From positions 1,536,001 to 1,600,000 of the forward strand of contig CAVUDP010000001.1 in the NCBI GenBank assembly GCA_963740315.1: DNA of 64,000 bases. Direction: 5' to 3'. A program made the position numbers and the translations under genes. A model generated the notes under the pieces. It was not told where the DNA came from. It saw only the letters and a program-made list of their open reading frames with translations, and did no database searches. Each line of letters starts with the position of its first letter. Position 1 is the first letter of the stretch. Below are positions 47,575 to 58,782 of this stretch, piece by piece. Source of the DNA: an uncultured cyanobacterium (GTDB lineage: Bacteria > Cyanobacteriota > Cyanobacteriia > Cyanobacteriales > Nostocaceae).

Positions 47575-48495
47575 TTAGATAATAAAACTTTCGTTAAAAA
47601 CAGCATCACCTAACGAGATTTGAACGGTAAACTGGCTTTTAGAAGGTTCAATAAATCTTAGTTGGATTATATTGTCAGCTTCTCTTGCCTTTATTTCCGC
47701 TGTTTCAGACTCCAGCATAACTTTTAATCCTATACCAAGAGGTAGGTATTCATCTCTATCCATAGGAATAACTTGTACGAGTATATTAGTTTTATCTTCC
47801 ATTTCTGGCTGAATAGTAATAACTAAAGCAACGGATTTATTATTTAGTAATACTCCAAAGTCAATTTGTTTAGTTCGACTTATCGGTGGATTTTTTTTGC
47901 TACTTCTAGCACTTCCTAAAGCTATTTTTTCTCTTCTATAAGCTAATACTGTTTCTGTGGGTTGCCAGTCTTGATGAAAAATCCCTTCTAGCCAATGGCT
48001 TAGTTCAACTTTACGTATATTTCTTTGTAGTAATTGAGGCAATTCTTCTAACGGACGTAATTGAGAACGAGTAATTTTTTTGGTTGCTGGTTTTTCAATA
48101 AATCCTAATAATTTAGCTTCTGTAGCAATTTCTTCGATTTCAACAGCAATACAGTAATTACTTTCAAACCAAACTTCTGCCGGAATATGAATAAATTCTT
48201 CATCTGGATATACAGGTCTACATTCAATCTTGCCATAGTTGATTATTTGTAAATCTGCTGCATCCATAAGAGTTTGCCAGATATAATCCCAGCTATTACT
48301 AGCCTCTAAGTCAGTTTCAAATCCTAAATGCTGTAAATATAAGTTAACAGCATAAACTGCTAATGAATTTCGATATACTTGCTCGCCTTTTTTTTTATTC
48401 TCTTGATAGTGCTGAAATTTCTCTGCTATGGATTGAGCTTCTAGGGGCAATATTATTTTAGAACCAAAAGATTCATTGGGATTAATCATAGCCAA
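47575..48495 (-). CDS. DUF1822-family protein
   Basis: QVYRNSLAVYAV..YL, ADLQI...GKIECRPV, IPAEVW, LSHWLEGIF..DW, READNIIQL. Confidence 0.9.
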   Translation of the reverse strand: MAMINPNESFGSKIILPLEAQSIAEKFQHYQENKKKGEQVYRNSLAVYAVNLYLQHLGFETDLEASNSWDYIWQTLMDAADLQIINYGKIECRPVYPDEEFIHIPAEVWFESNYCIAVEIEEIATEAKLLGFIEKPATKKITRSQLRPLEELPQLLQRNIRKVELSHWLEGIFHQDWQPTETVLAYRREKIALGSARSSKKNPPISRTKQIDFGVLLNNKSVALVITIQPEMEDKTNILVQVIPMDRDEYLPLGIGLKVMLESETAEIKAREADNIIQLRFIEPSKSQFTVQISLGDAVFNESFII

Positions 48496-48518
48496 CTCAT
48501 GTTTTTGTAAAGTGAATT

Positions 48519-49430
48519 TTAAATATTTTTTTTAATATAATTTCTATATTTATCAATACAGCGTTTCTGTAGAGTATATAAAGATTGCAGTGGTACATCA
48601 AAATTGTCTGCAATTTCTTTCATTTTGTTCCCATCGCGCAACGAAAGTACAATTTCTCTAAAGTTTGCTTGTGGTTTATTTTTGATATGTTCGCTTCTAA
48701 AAACCCCCATTTCGTCTTGTTCAATTAGATTTATAATCTTTGCTGACAATGGAACTTCTTCACCCGAAGTAATGGTATTAGTATAATCATTGCTCTCTTC
48801 CTGATTTCGATTATCTTCAATAAGTAGTAATTCAGGAGATGTTTTATTGTACTTATCGAGAGCTTTTTTAAAGAGATTAGTTGAGCAGCCATTAAGCCAA
48901 GCCATAAAGCGACTAAGATTTTCATCACTTATATTCTGGCTTTTATCATATTCAAAGTTACTAATTTTTTTACAGATAAAACGCCATATCTGCATCTCGT
49001 ATTCATGGACAATATCCTGATAAAATTTTGAAGTTCGATAGTTTATATAAGGACGCTTCATCTTACCGGAGATGCGAGTCGCATAAAACAATTGTTGACA
49101 AGCAGATAAATATATTTTTGTTTCAGGTGGATAAAGTTGTTGAGTATTTAGTAATTGACCAATTGCTTTCGCATTAATGGCTAAAATATCAATTTTTTGA
49201 TATATTCGCTGCTTCAATAAATTATCTAAAGGTAATTTGATAAATAATTTTTGCAGTTCGTTTTCATCACATACATTAGATGCTTCCTGTAAAAGTATCT
49301 GGTATACCTGACCATAAATTTCTTGATGAATATCAGGAATTCGTTTTCTAACCTCACAGTAAAGTCTGTGAGATTGTAGAGATTTACTAATTAGAGATTC
49401 TAACTCCATTGGGAAGGCTCTTGCTAACAA
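48519..49430 (-). CDS. Sigma-70/ECF-like protein of cyanobacterial sigma-DUF1822 pairs
   Basis: FICKKI.NF...FMAWLN (region 2-like), FRSEHIKNKPQANFR, C-terminal HTH KEIADNFDVPLQSL. Confidence 0.7.
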   Translation of the reverse strand: MLARAFPMELESLISKSLQSHRLYCEVRKRIPDIHQEIYGQVYQILLQEASNVCDENELQKLFIKLPLDNLLKQRIYQKIDILAINAKAIGQLLNTQQLYPPETKIYLSACQQLFYATRISGKMKRPYINYRTSKFYQDIVHEYEMQIWRFICKKISNFEYDKSQNISDENLSRFMAWLNGCSTNLFKKALDKYNKTSPELLLIEDNRNQEESNDYTNTITSGEEVPLSAKIINLIEQDEMGVFRSEHIKNKPQANFREIVLSLRDGNKMKEIADNFDVPLQSLYTLQKRCIDKYRNYIKKNI

Positions 49431-50157
49431 GACGCTATAACTACTAATTCCGACTTATGCGTCTATTATTCTGTAAATAAAAATCAACAAATGTTAAGAA
49501 AAAGTTTACATAAAAAATGAATTAGTCAGTGGAATTAGTAAGTTAAGTTCCAATTTGACCTTAATTTCACTCAAAGGAGGGTTTTATGTACAAGTTCCGA
49601 AAAATAATTTCAGTTGTGACTCTATCACCGATGGGATTTGATATGAATAAAAAATAAATGTGATTTAGAAAACAAAACCTAAATATTTTAACAGACCTAA
49701 TAGCTTATAAATTATGGGTAATTTTTGTGTTGCCAATTTTTCTTTAATTCTCAATACTTGTTTCATGAATGTTTTGTAAATATGCCTAAAGGTAGATGAG
49801 AAAAATTATGTTATACTACAAACTTTTTGTTGCAATGTATTTAGGTCAAATAAAGAAAAGATTAAATTCTGCCAATTCAGCAAAACTAAGATGATAATTG
49901 GTTGTCAGTAAATTTATTTACCTCGTACTGACAGTCATTCTTTATAGTTAAGAATGATATTGATATTCTGCCGCAGCCTTGCATATATCAGATATCAGAG
50001 GAATTTTTATCCAAAAAATCTACATATGTATTGATTTGGAGTCAGTTAGATATTTACAGATTATCTTTCGAGTTAATCCTTTTTCAGCTTTTAATTTCGC
50101 TATTATATTTGATTAAATACTGAGTAAAATACGGAACAAGTGTATTTATGAATTTAT

Positions 50158-51393
50158 ATGGTTAATCAATTTTATTCCACACCATCTATAGACCCATTGC
50201 ATCGTTTGAACGTTCGCGATGGTTTGATAGTTAATGCAGAACGCTGGGAATTAGCTCATTACTATCATAGACATCGACAAAACATTCACTATCAATCACT
50301 TAACGAACCTGGAATCGTTTGTGGTTTGGGAATTCAGATAATCGAAGCTCCTAAAACAAGTCGAGCAAATTTACAAAAACAAGGTCGCTGGCTGAAAATA
50401 CAGCCAGGTATAGCTATCGATATAGAAGGTAATCCCATCGTAGTGGATGAAAATAAAAATATAGATAGAAGCTTTCCGTTTGTAAATCCTAAAATATCAA
50501 ATAAAAATTTTGATGAAGAAATTACAGTCTATTTGGTTGTTAGTTATGAAGATAATCAGACGCTGTTAGAAGAAGAAGGCTGGAAAGAAAGAGAATGGTT
50601 TAAATTTGACCAACAATTAGAACCACCGAATGAAACACAAATAGAATTGTGTCGGATTAAATTACGAGTTGAAGATATAGCATTAGATAGATTCGAGCTA
50701 AAAAAACCACAAAACGTATTTTTCCCAGAGATAAATGAAATAGATTTACGTTATCGTCCACAAGCTAAAGCTAGACCCCAAGCATTAGTTAATATTGCTA
50801 CGACTGCTCCTCAATCTGACGAATCGTTCTATCAAAATACAAATAAAAATTTAAGATACCTTATGCAGTCTTTGAGCGTTCTTTATCCTAATTTGCAAGG
50901 TAGTAAGGAAATAACGGAAGATATTTTAGCAAAACCTTTAGAGTTAAAAAATACTGATTTAATTTATATTCCTTCTTGGCAAATCAATAATTTGTATATT
51001 ATGGATTCTAGAAAAAAAGCCTTAGATGAATATCGTAAATTAGGTGGAATGATTCTAATTGAAGCAAATTATGGAGCGACTTTAGAAGATATATATAACA
51101 CAGTAGCTCAATTATTTGAAATTTCTAGTAATTCATGGCAAGAATGGCATAATTTATCTGAAGCACATTCTTTTAAAACTCAACCATTTTTATTTACAGC
51201 ATTACCCGAATATATCAAAAATATCTATTACTCCAAAGGAATTATTGTAGTACTTGGTGATTTATCAAAAGCTTGGGGTGGTCAAATTGAACATTCAAAT
51301 CGAAATGATATTCGTACCGCTCAAGAATTAGGTATTAATATGCTCAATTTTGCTTGGAAACGACGAAATATGATGAAATTACTCTCTTATTAA
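50158..51393 (+). CDS. eCIS-associated DUF4159-type protein
   Basis: N-term RL...DGL...AHYYHRHRQ...PGIVCGL...PGIAID.EGN (CIS fibre/baseplate-attachment-like); C-term GDLSKAWG...AQELGINML. Confidence 0.75.
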   Translation: MVNQFYSTPSIDPLHRLNVRDGLIVNAERWELAHYYHRHRQNIHYQSLNEPGIVCGLGIQIIEAPKTSRANLQKQGRWLKIQPGIAIDIEGNPIVVDENKNIDRSFPFVNPKISNKNFDEEITVYLVVSYEDNQTLLEEEGWKEREWFKFDQQLEPPNETQIELCRIKLRVEDIALDRFELKKPQNVFFPEINEIDLRYRPQAKARPQALVNIATTAPQSDESFYQNTNKNLRYLMQSLSVLYPNLQGSKEITEDILAKPLELKNTDLIYIPSWQINNLYIMDSRKKALDEYRKLGGMILIEANYGATLEDIYNTVAQLFEISSNSWQEWHNLSEAHSFKTQPFLFTALPEYIKNIYYSKGIIVVLGDLSKAWGGQIEHSNRNDIRTAQELGINMLNFAWKRRNMMKLLSY

Positions 51394-53720
51394 TATTTAG
51401 TTTAAAGTATGTAAGGTTTAATAAAATGAAAAATCCAATTACGACTAAAGTTTCCAAAAAACAGTTAACCTTAATTCCAGATATTTTATCTGAGGATAAC
51501 GAATTTGACGTTAAAGTAATTAATGGAAGTAAAAAATTTACTAGTTTTCAATTAGAACTTACTGCAAGGGGATTAGAAAACGAATCAAATTTGGACTGGT
51601 ACAAAGTAGAACCAGAAATATGTAGTAAAAATCCTCCCGGTAGTGAAACAGATTTTCATGTAGCAATCACTAAACCTCCTATTCCTGCTTATGATAGTAC
51701 GGTAGATTTGATATTAAGAACTTTCTCTATTGAAGATGAAAAACTATCTAGCAGCCAAAAAATTAAGTTGAAGGTTGAAAGTCCTCGAAAAAAAATAGAG
51801 GTTCAACTACCAGTTAAAAAATTCAGAGGTAAACCAGGAGCAACTATAGAAATTCCTGTTAGCATAACTAATATCAGTCCAAAATTTGTAGATATTAAAC
51901 TTGAGCTTTCGGGTTTAGAAGATTTTAATATAAAGAATAATAATTTCGATTTACAAATAAAACCATCTATCATACAGACAATTAATTTCTCTTGTCAAAT
52001 ACCCGAACAGTCTACAGAAACTAGTTATCCATTTAGAATTGAAGCTTTATCACTAAATAATGTTTGTCAATCGTATGACGAAGGGGATATAGAAATATTA
52101 CCTTATGGAATTATTGAATTTCAATGTAATAACTCCATACAAAGTATTCCCAATAAGGAAGGAAATCAAGCTAATATTGTTTGTTATGAATTAGAATTTA
52201 CAAATCATACTTATTCAAAAGAAAAAGTTAATCTAAGTCTTATTGGTAAAGATGTAAGCAAATGTCATTTTGAGCATTCTGATAGTATTTTATTACAACG
52301 AAATGGACATACATCAGATAATGATAAGCCGAAAATAGATATAAAAGTTAGAAAAGAAAGACTTTGGTTTGGTTGGAAGAGAAAATATAACTTTGCAATC
52401 TCACCTCACTTACAGTCTGGTAGTGAAGTAGAAATTAAACCAAAACTTGACAGTGAAATACTTAGATTAAACGTTTCACCCATAATTCCTTTCTTTCTTC
52501 AAGTTTTAGGATTACTATCAATTCCTTTATTAATCTTATGGCTAAACTATTTGAGAACTCCCTTTCATCATAAAGCACCCGTTACTTCAGTAGTTTTAAC
52601 TGATATTACGGGAACAGTCATTAGTGGTTCTAGTGACGGAACAATCCGACACTGGCAATTTAATCATAGTTTATGGAGAAGTCATAGTAACCTTACATAC
52701 CTGGAGAAATCTGATATTACAAAACCTATACGTGTAATTCGGTCTAAACCGGGAACTCACGATAGAGTTGCAGTCGGTTTAGAAAATGGAGAAATTGAAT
52801 TACGGGATTTGTCTTTAAAAGAAGATAAAGAAACATATCTCAAACCAGGAGAAGAAAACAATCGCGTATTTGACTTAGAATTTACAAATGATTCTCAAAC
52901 ATTAATTGCAGCTTATGGTAGCGGATTAATTAGAGTATGGAATTTAGATAAACCAGACAAAAATAATGTAAATACACTTCACGAAAAAATCGATGCCAAT
53001 TTTACGATTTCTACTTTAGGTATTAGTGAAAATAATGATTTACCTCTTGTAGTCGTTGGAGGAAGATATAATAGATTAGCCTTCTGGAATTGGAAAAAAA
53101 GTCAAAGTGAAAGTGAGAAAGTAGAGGAAAATAAAAATGAAAATGAAAGTAAAAGTAAAAAAATTATCTATCACTTACCATATAACACTTTAAATGAGGA
53201 TACTAAACCTAGATTTCCGCCAATTTCAGGAAAAGAAAGTTATATTACCAGCCTTATAATCGCTGATGGAAAAAACCTTTTGGTAACAGCAGATAATAAA
53301 GGTTTTATCAACTCATGGGATTTAAGAAAAGTCAGAGAATGTATAAAAAACCCAAATAATCAAAAGAATAAGCCAGATTCACAAATAGTCGAATTGGTTG
53401 ATTGTGTAGATGGAAAAACTATTCATAATAATCGAAGTGATAAATTTCCCAGCATTCGCTCAATTGCTATAACTAAGAATGAATCTTATCTTGCTAGTGC
53501 TGGGGATGATGGTTATGTCAGGATTTTTCAAATTAAGGATAAAGGTCAAGAAATTTCATGTTTTCATAAACAACAAATAGGTGCAAAGCTTAATACTGTT
53601 GATATCAAACTTAGAAAAAATGAAGGCGAACCTGAAGAGCTTTTAATAGTTACAGGAGATGATAAACGTAGAGTTAAACTATATCGTAAAAAGGTAGAAG
53701 AAAATGCAAACTGTAAGTAA
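51354..53720 (+). CDS. Ig-like repeats + TM + WD40 beta-propeller protein (eCIS accessory)
   Basis: Beta-rich N-half, TM IIPFFLQVLGLLSIPLLILWL, WD motifs ISGSSDGTIRHW and LASAGDDGYVRIF; start probably ATG at about 51426. Confidence 0.8.
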   Translation: METTKYDEITLLLIFSLKYVRFNKMKNPITTKVSKKQLTLIPDILSEDNEFDVKVINGSKKFTSFQLELTARGLENESNLDWYKVEPEICSKNPPGSETDFHVAITKPPIPAYDSTVDLILRTFSIEDEKLSSSQKIKLKVESPRKKIEVQLPVKKFRGKPGATIEIPVSITNISPKFVDIKLELSGLEDFNIKNNNFDLQIKPSIIQTINFSCQIPEQSTETSYPFRIEALSLNNVCQSYDEGDIEILPYGIIEFQCNNSIQSIPNKEGNQANIVCYELEFTNHTYSKEKVNLSLIGKDVSKCHFEHSDSILLQRNGHTSDNDKPKIDIKVRKERLWFGWKRKYNFAISPHLQSGSEVEIKPKLDSEILRLNVSPIIPFFLQVLGLLSIPLLILWLNYLRTPFHHKAPVTSVVLTDITGTVISGSSDGTIRHWQFNHSLWRSHSNLTYLEKSDITKPIRVIRSKPGTHDRVAVGLENGEIELRDLSLKEDKETYLKPGEENNRVFDLEFTNDSQTLIAAYGSGLIRVWNLDKPDKNNVNTLHEKIDANFTISTLGISENNDLPLVVVGGRYNRLAFWNWKKSQSESEKVEENKNENESKSKKIIYHLPYNTLNEDTKPRFPPISGKESYITSLIIADGKNLLVTADNKGFINSWDLRKVRECIKNPNNQKNKPDSQIVELVDCVDGKTIHNNRSDKFPSIRSIAITKNESYLASAGDDGYVRIFQIKDKGQEISCFHKQQIGAKLNTVDIKLRKNEGEPEELLIVTGDDKRRVKLYRKKVEENANCK

Positions 53721-56700
53721 TCCTATTGCTGTAACAATACCTCCTAAGAATGATAATTCAGTAAATCCAGGGAATATTATAAGCAATTGTATTGAGATAA
53801 AAAATAACAATCCCTTTGAAATAAAAGTAGATATATGGCTTGTCGCTGTAGATGAAAAGTCTCAGCCATTACTTTACTGGTGCGAATTTGAAAAAAGCAA
53901 TGAAAGAAATAAACGCTTACAGTTTCCTTTAATTTTAAGTGCAAAAGCAAGTTGTGATATTGACTTAAATTTTCGAGTACCCCCACAAGCTCAACCTGGT
54001 TTATATAAATATGAAATATTAATTGATTACTCAGATAAACCTCCTATCCGTCGTCCTCAACAATTGCGGGTTTTACGTTCGGATATAACATCTCAACAGA
54101 AAACTAAGCCAGAATTTTCTTTAGAACCATCAACTAATTCCAGCGAACCATTATTATTAAAAGCTGGAGAAAGAAGAGAAATCAAAGTTAAGGTAGAAAA
54201 TAAATCAAGACGGGTAGATACTTTCTATTTAACTTGTCCCGATTTGGATCAAGAATGGTTCACACTCAGTTATCCCGAAAGTCCATTTATACGCCCCGGT
54301 TTAGTTAGAGAAACAGATGGATTAGACCTTAATCCTCGTCAGTCAGGTGAATGTACCTTAATTTTACATCCTCCAAAATACCAACAGGCGGGAAGTTATT
54401 ATCCAACAGTAAAGTTAATTTCTCAGAATAACGAAAGTTTAGTACTTTTGGATGTGGTATATCTGAAAATTTTACCAAATCCAAGTTTGTCTGTTGATAT
54501 GAATCCTCAGTCACTCAAAATCTCTGGTAAATCAAAATATTTTCACGTACAAGTAAGTAATGAAGGTAATTTTGATAGAGAAGTTAAATTTACTGTCGAT
54601 AATAGAGATGATATCTTTAACTACACTTTTGACTACAATCCAATTCAATTATCACCAGCAGAAGATACTGAATTATTTTTAAAAGTAAAACCGAAAAGAT
54701 GGAAATGGTGGTTGCGATGTTTTAAAGCTAGACAACAAGAAATAAATTTTGATTTAAAGTTAGAAAATGATGAATTTCTTCCACCGGAAGAAGTATTAGC
54801 TCAAGGTACTTTGATTTGGGTATCTCGTCCTTGGAAGCTATTTTGGTTTTTGATTGCTTTAGGAATTTTATCGCTTGGGGGAGTCGGATTTTTGCTTTGG
54901 AATAAATATCTTAAATATCATCTACCACCGTCCCCTTATGTAACCAATTTAAGTACTACAAATAAGAGTAATAGCTATCAAAAAGGTGAAGCTGTACTTC
55001 TTAACTGGGATATTAATCATTTTGATAAAGTAAAGAAAGTTGTATTTGTTACTTTACATAATAATGTCGAAATTGAGAGAAAAAAGCATATTATTACGCA
55101 TAAAAATAGTTTTCTGAAAATTATACAAAAAACTATCAATGAGGAAAATAATGGATTGATAAAAAGTGGTTTAAAGAATAGTAATTTAGTACCGACTGAA
55201 ACAAAATGTGATTTTCTAATAAACAATACAAATGTATTAGCTTGTGAAACTTTAAGTCATTTTTTTGATAAATCTGGCAAATATGTTTTTAAAGTAGAAG
55301 TTTTTACTAGTGAAAACAGTACAAAACCAGTAGATGTCGAACAAAAAACTATAACCGTTTATCCACATCCAATTCCAAGAATATCGTCCTTAGTTACAGA
55401 TAAACCAAATTATCAAGCATCTAAAGATTCAGAACAACCTCCAGTAACTTTAAAATGGGATATGAGTAATGCTAATCAAGTTAAAGAATTAAATTTGATA
55501 GCTTTAAAACCTGATAATTCTGTACATTTTCAAAAAAATTACAATTTTACAGAAGCTTTTGATACCAAAAAAAATGATTATTTTGACATTAAACCGAAAT
55601 CTAACGACACAGTATTCAATGATTCCGAACAGGAATTTGAAAAAATTATTGAGTGTGAGAAAAAGGATGCTAAAAATTCAGAAAAAACAGAAAAATTAAT
55701 TTGTAATCTAACATTCCCACAAGGTTTAGAACCTGGTGATTACATTTTTAAACTAGGTGTAGTTCCGAAAAATAAAATAGAAAATCAGAAATTAGAATTC
55801 GCAAAAACACCAGTAATCAAGGTTTTACCAATTCCTCCAACTCCACCTCCTGCTCCTATCCCTAATCCACAAATTCTCAATTTTTCTCCAAGCGCAACCG
55901 CTTATCGAGAAGTTAGTTCAAATAAATCTCAAAATAATAAATATCAGCCAAAATCTAATTCTGAGAAAATTTTACCTCCTCCAATTCGCTTAAATTGGAG
56001 CATCGTTAATACTCAAAAAATTAAGCAGATAAAAATTATTTCTTTAGATGCGAATGGCACTTTAACCGGAGAAACTAAGTATAATTTAAACCAAGGTGTT
56101 CCGAGTGAATGCGAACTCGAAGGAAAAAACCTAAGCTGTACTGGTATTCCGACTAATGCTAGAAAAGCTGGTAGTTATCAATTCAATTTAGTAGTAATTT
56201 ATAAGGATAAAGAAACATATAGCGAAATTATTAAGAGTACTCCTAATATTAAAATTCAACCTCCTCCAACAACAGCACCGGAACCTCCAAAACCTCCGAC
56301 ACCTGTTGAAATTGCTTATTTCAAAGTGAATGGGAAAGATGCTAGTCAAAATCCCAAGCAAATTATCGAAGTTCATAGAGAAATTGAACCACCAAATATT
56401 ATATTGTCGTGGAAAGTTAAAGAAGGAGAAGATATCGAGGTGGAATTACTTCCTTCACCGGGTTTAGTTCCTACTAAAAAAAATAGCTTATCTATTCCTA
56501 TCTCAAAATCATCTGGTAGCGAAACTATCACTTTGAAAGCCAAAAATAAGCAAACTGGGGAGGAAAAAATTCAATCGGTTGTAATTCAAACTGTAGATAT
56601 AACTCCACCAAAGCAAGTCCAACCATTACCATTACCTCAATCACAACAGGGTTTTCCAGATATTTCTAATCCTGGAGCATCTGAAAATAATTCTGGGAAT

Positions 56701-56799
56701 AGTTCTGAAAATAACAACCCAACTCAACAACCATCTAACTCAAATGAACTTCCACCTATTGAGTTACCACCACAACCTGATTCTAGCAGTAGAGACTAA
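53704..56799 (+). CDS. Large single-TM protein with Ig/Fn3-like repeats and Pro-rich linkers (eCIS accessory)
   Basis: TM LFWFLIALGILSLGGVGFLLW; repeated V/I.L.W.I modules; PPTPPPAP linkers. Confidence 0.75.
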   Translation: MQTVSNPIAVTIPPKNDNSVNPGNIISNCIEIKNNNPFEIKVDIWLVAVDEKSQPLLYWCEFEKSNERNKRLQFPLILSAKASCDIDLNFRVPPQAQPGLYKYEILIDYSDKPPIRRPQQLRVLRSDITSQQKTKPEFSLEPSTNSSEPLLLKAGERREIKVKVENKSRRVDTFYLTCPDLDQEWFTLSYPESPFIRPGLVRETDGLDLNPRQSGECTLILHPPKYQQAGSYYPTVKLISQNNESLVLLDVVYLKILPNPSLSVDMNPQSLKISGKSKYFHVQVSNEGNFDREVKFTVDNRDDIFNYTFDYNPIQLSPAEDTELFLKVKPKRWKWWLRCFKARQQEINFDLKLENDEFLPPEEVLAQGTLIWVSRPWKLFWFLIALGILSLGGVGFLLWNKYLKYHLPPSPYVTNLSTTNKSNSYQKGEAVLLNWDINHFDKVKKVVFVTLHNNVEIERKKHIITHKNSFLKIIQKTINEENNGLIKSGLKNSNLVPTETKCDFLINNTNVLACETLSHFFDKSGKYVFKVEVFTSENSTKPVDVEQKTITVYPHPIPRISSLVTDKPNYQASKDSEQPPVTLKWDMSNANQVKELNLIALKPDNSVHFQKNYNFTEAFDTKKNDYFDIKPKSNDTVFNDSEQEFEKIIECEKKDAKNSEKTEKLICNLTFPQGLEPGDYIFKLGVVPKNKIENQKLEFAKTPVIKVLPIPPTPPPAPIPNPQILNFSPSATAYREVSSNKSQNNKYQPKSNSEKILPPPIRLNWSIVNTQKIKQIKIISLDANGTLTGETKYNLNQGVPSECELEGKNLSCTGIPTNARKAGSYQFNLVVIYKDKETYSEIIKSTPNIKIQPPPTTAPEPPKPPTPVEIAYFKVNGKDASQNPKQIIEVHREIEPPNIILSWKVKEGEDIEVELLPSPGLVPTKKNSLSIPISKSSGSETITLKAKNKQTGEEKIQSVVIQTVDITPPKQVQPLPLPQSQQGFPDISNPGASENNSGNSSENNNPTQQPSNSNELPPIELPPQPDSSSRD

Positions 56800-58766
56800 T
56801 GGATAACTGGCAAAGTCTTAATTACCAATATCTAATAAATGCGATCGCAATTGTCGGTGAAGCGCTTTTTTGTCGAGCTAGGGAGGCACAGAATCAGTCA
56901 ATAGAGGTATTATCAGATGTACGGGAGGAATTTCAAGTTGAGCAAATCTCAATGTCTTTACCTTCTAATTTAGAAAACATCTGCACTACTTTTAATCTTG
57001 GTGATTTCGAGCGAGATTTACTGTTATTATGTGCGGGGATGGAATTAAATCCCGCTTGGACATCTTGTTGTGCTGCTGCTCAAAATAATCCTAAGCTGGA
57101 TTATCCGACTTTTAATTTGGCTCTTTCCATTTTGAAAAATCCTGATTGGAATGCTCTGAATCCTGCTGCTCCCTTACGTCGTTGGGGTTTAATAGAAGTT
57201 GGTAATGCCAATATCCTTACTATCGCTCCCCTGCGAATCAACGAACGAATTTTGCATTATCTCATGGGTATTTCTCATTTAGATGAGGAGTTATTGGATA
57301 TGCTCGAAACAGTAGATTCTGTTGATTTTTTGGTCGATTCTCATCAACTTTTAGCAGAGCAAATTAGTCAAATATGGTCGCAGAATAAGCATCATGATTT
57401 ACTCATAATCTCAATGGTACAGCTATGTGGGGGTGAGATTGCAAGTAAAAGGAGTATTGCAGCAGCGGCTTGCGCTCAATTAGGATTTAATTTATATATC
57501 ATCGATACAAGTACTCTTCCTTCTACTACAGATGATATTCATAAATTGATACGTTTGTGGAAGCGGGAATACTTACTTAATAAATCCGTTCTTTTTCTGG
57601 AATGCAATACAAATAATAATGATGCAAACAAAGAAAATGCGATCAATTTGTTAATTCAAAAAATCACCAGTCCTCTGATTGTTTCCACTGATGAAAGAAG
57701 AGTTATTTTACACCGTCGAACAGTAACTTTTGATGTTGATAAACCCACTCCTAGAGAACAGCGACATATTTGGAATCAAGCTTTAAATGAAAAAGCATTC
57801 GGGCTTTATGGGTTTGTAGATACTTTAGTTTCGCAGTTTAATCTCAGCAGCAATGCCATCGAATCTGTCAGTGTTAGCACTATAGAGGCTGACTCAAAAA
57901 ATACTAGCATACAAAATCAATTATGGAATAGCTGTCGCGTTCAAGCTCGTCCCCAATTAGATGATTTAGCCCAACGTATTGCATCACCAACAAATTGGGA
58001 TGACTTGGTTTTACCAATACCTCAACGTCAAATTCTCCAAGAAATAATTAGTCAGGTACGTCAAAGAGCAAAAGTTTACGAAAATTGGGGATTTAGTAGC
58101 AAAGGTAGTAACGGACTCGGAGTTACTGCATTATTCGCAGGTTCTAGCGGTACCGGGAAAACTATGGCTGCATCGGTATTAGCAAAGGAATTGAATCTGG
58201 ATCTTTACCGCATTGATTTAAGTTCGGTTGTGAGCAAATATATCGGTGAAACTGAAAAAAATCTACGTCGTGTATTTGACGCAGCAGAAGCAGGTGGAGT
58301 GATTCTTTTATTCGATGAAGCAGATGCTTTATTTGGTAAACGCAGTGATGTTAAAGACAGTCGCGATCGCTATGCAAATATGGAGGTAAGTTACTTATTG
58401 CAGCGTATGGAAGCATACCGGGGTTTAGCCATTCTTACCAGTAATTTGAAAGACTCAATTGATACAGCTTTTATGCGCCGGATTCGATTTATAGTTAAAT
58501 TTCCATTCCCCGATGCAAGTCAGCGGGCAGAAATTTGGCAGCGAATTTTTCCCACAGACACACCATTGAAAGAATTGAATATAAAAAAATTGGCAAAATT
58601 AAATGTAGCAGGAGGTAATATCCGTAACATCGCTTTGAATGCAGCTTTCTTAGCAGCAGACGAAGAACAACCTGTAATGATGAAACATCTTTTACAAGCA
58701 GCCGAAAGTGAATATATCAAATTGGAAAGGACTTTGACAGATGTAGAGAAACAAGGATGGGTTTAA
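56799..58766 (+). CDS. eCIS AAA+ ATPase (Afp15/Pvc15-like)
   Basis: WDDLVLP, Walker A GSSGTGKT, YRIDLSSVVSKYIGETEKNL, LFDEADALFGKRS, DRYANMEVSYLLQRME. Confidence 0.95.
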   Translation: MDNWQSLNYQYLINAIAIVGEALFCRAREAQNQSIEVLSDVREEFQVEQISMSLPSNLENICTTFNLGDFERDLLLLCAGMELNPAWTSCCAAAQNNPKLDYPTFNLALSILKNPDWNALNPAAPLRRWGLIEVGNANILTIAPLRINERILHYLMGISHLDEELLDMLETVDSVDFLVDSHQLLAEQISQIWSQNKHHDLLIISMVQLCGGEIASKRSIAAAACAQLGFNLYIIDTSTLPSTTDDIHKLIRLWKREYLLNKSVLFLECNTNNNDANKENAINLLIQKITSPLIVSTDERRVILHRRTVTFDVDKPTPREQRHIWNQALNEKAFGLYGFVDTLVSQFNLSSNAIESVSVSTIEADSKNTSIQNQLWNSCRVQARPQLDDLAQRIASPTNWDDLVLPIPQRQILQEIISQVRQRAKVYENWGFSSKGSNGLGVTALFAGSSGTGKTMAASVLAKELNLDLYRIDLSSVVSKYIGETEKNLRRVFDAAEAGGVILLFDEADALFGKRSDVKDSRDRYANMEVSYLLQRMEAYRGLAILTSNLKDSIDTAFMRRIRFIVKFPFPDASQRAEIWQRIFPTDTPLKELNIKKLAKLNVAGGNIRNIALNAAFLAADEEQPVMMKHLLQAAESEYIKLERTLTDVEKQGWV

Positions 58767-58782
58767 AAAGTACTTCCTCCGA

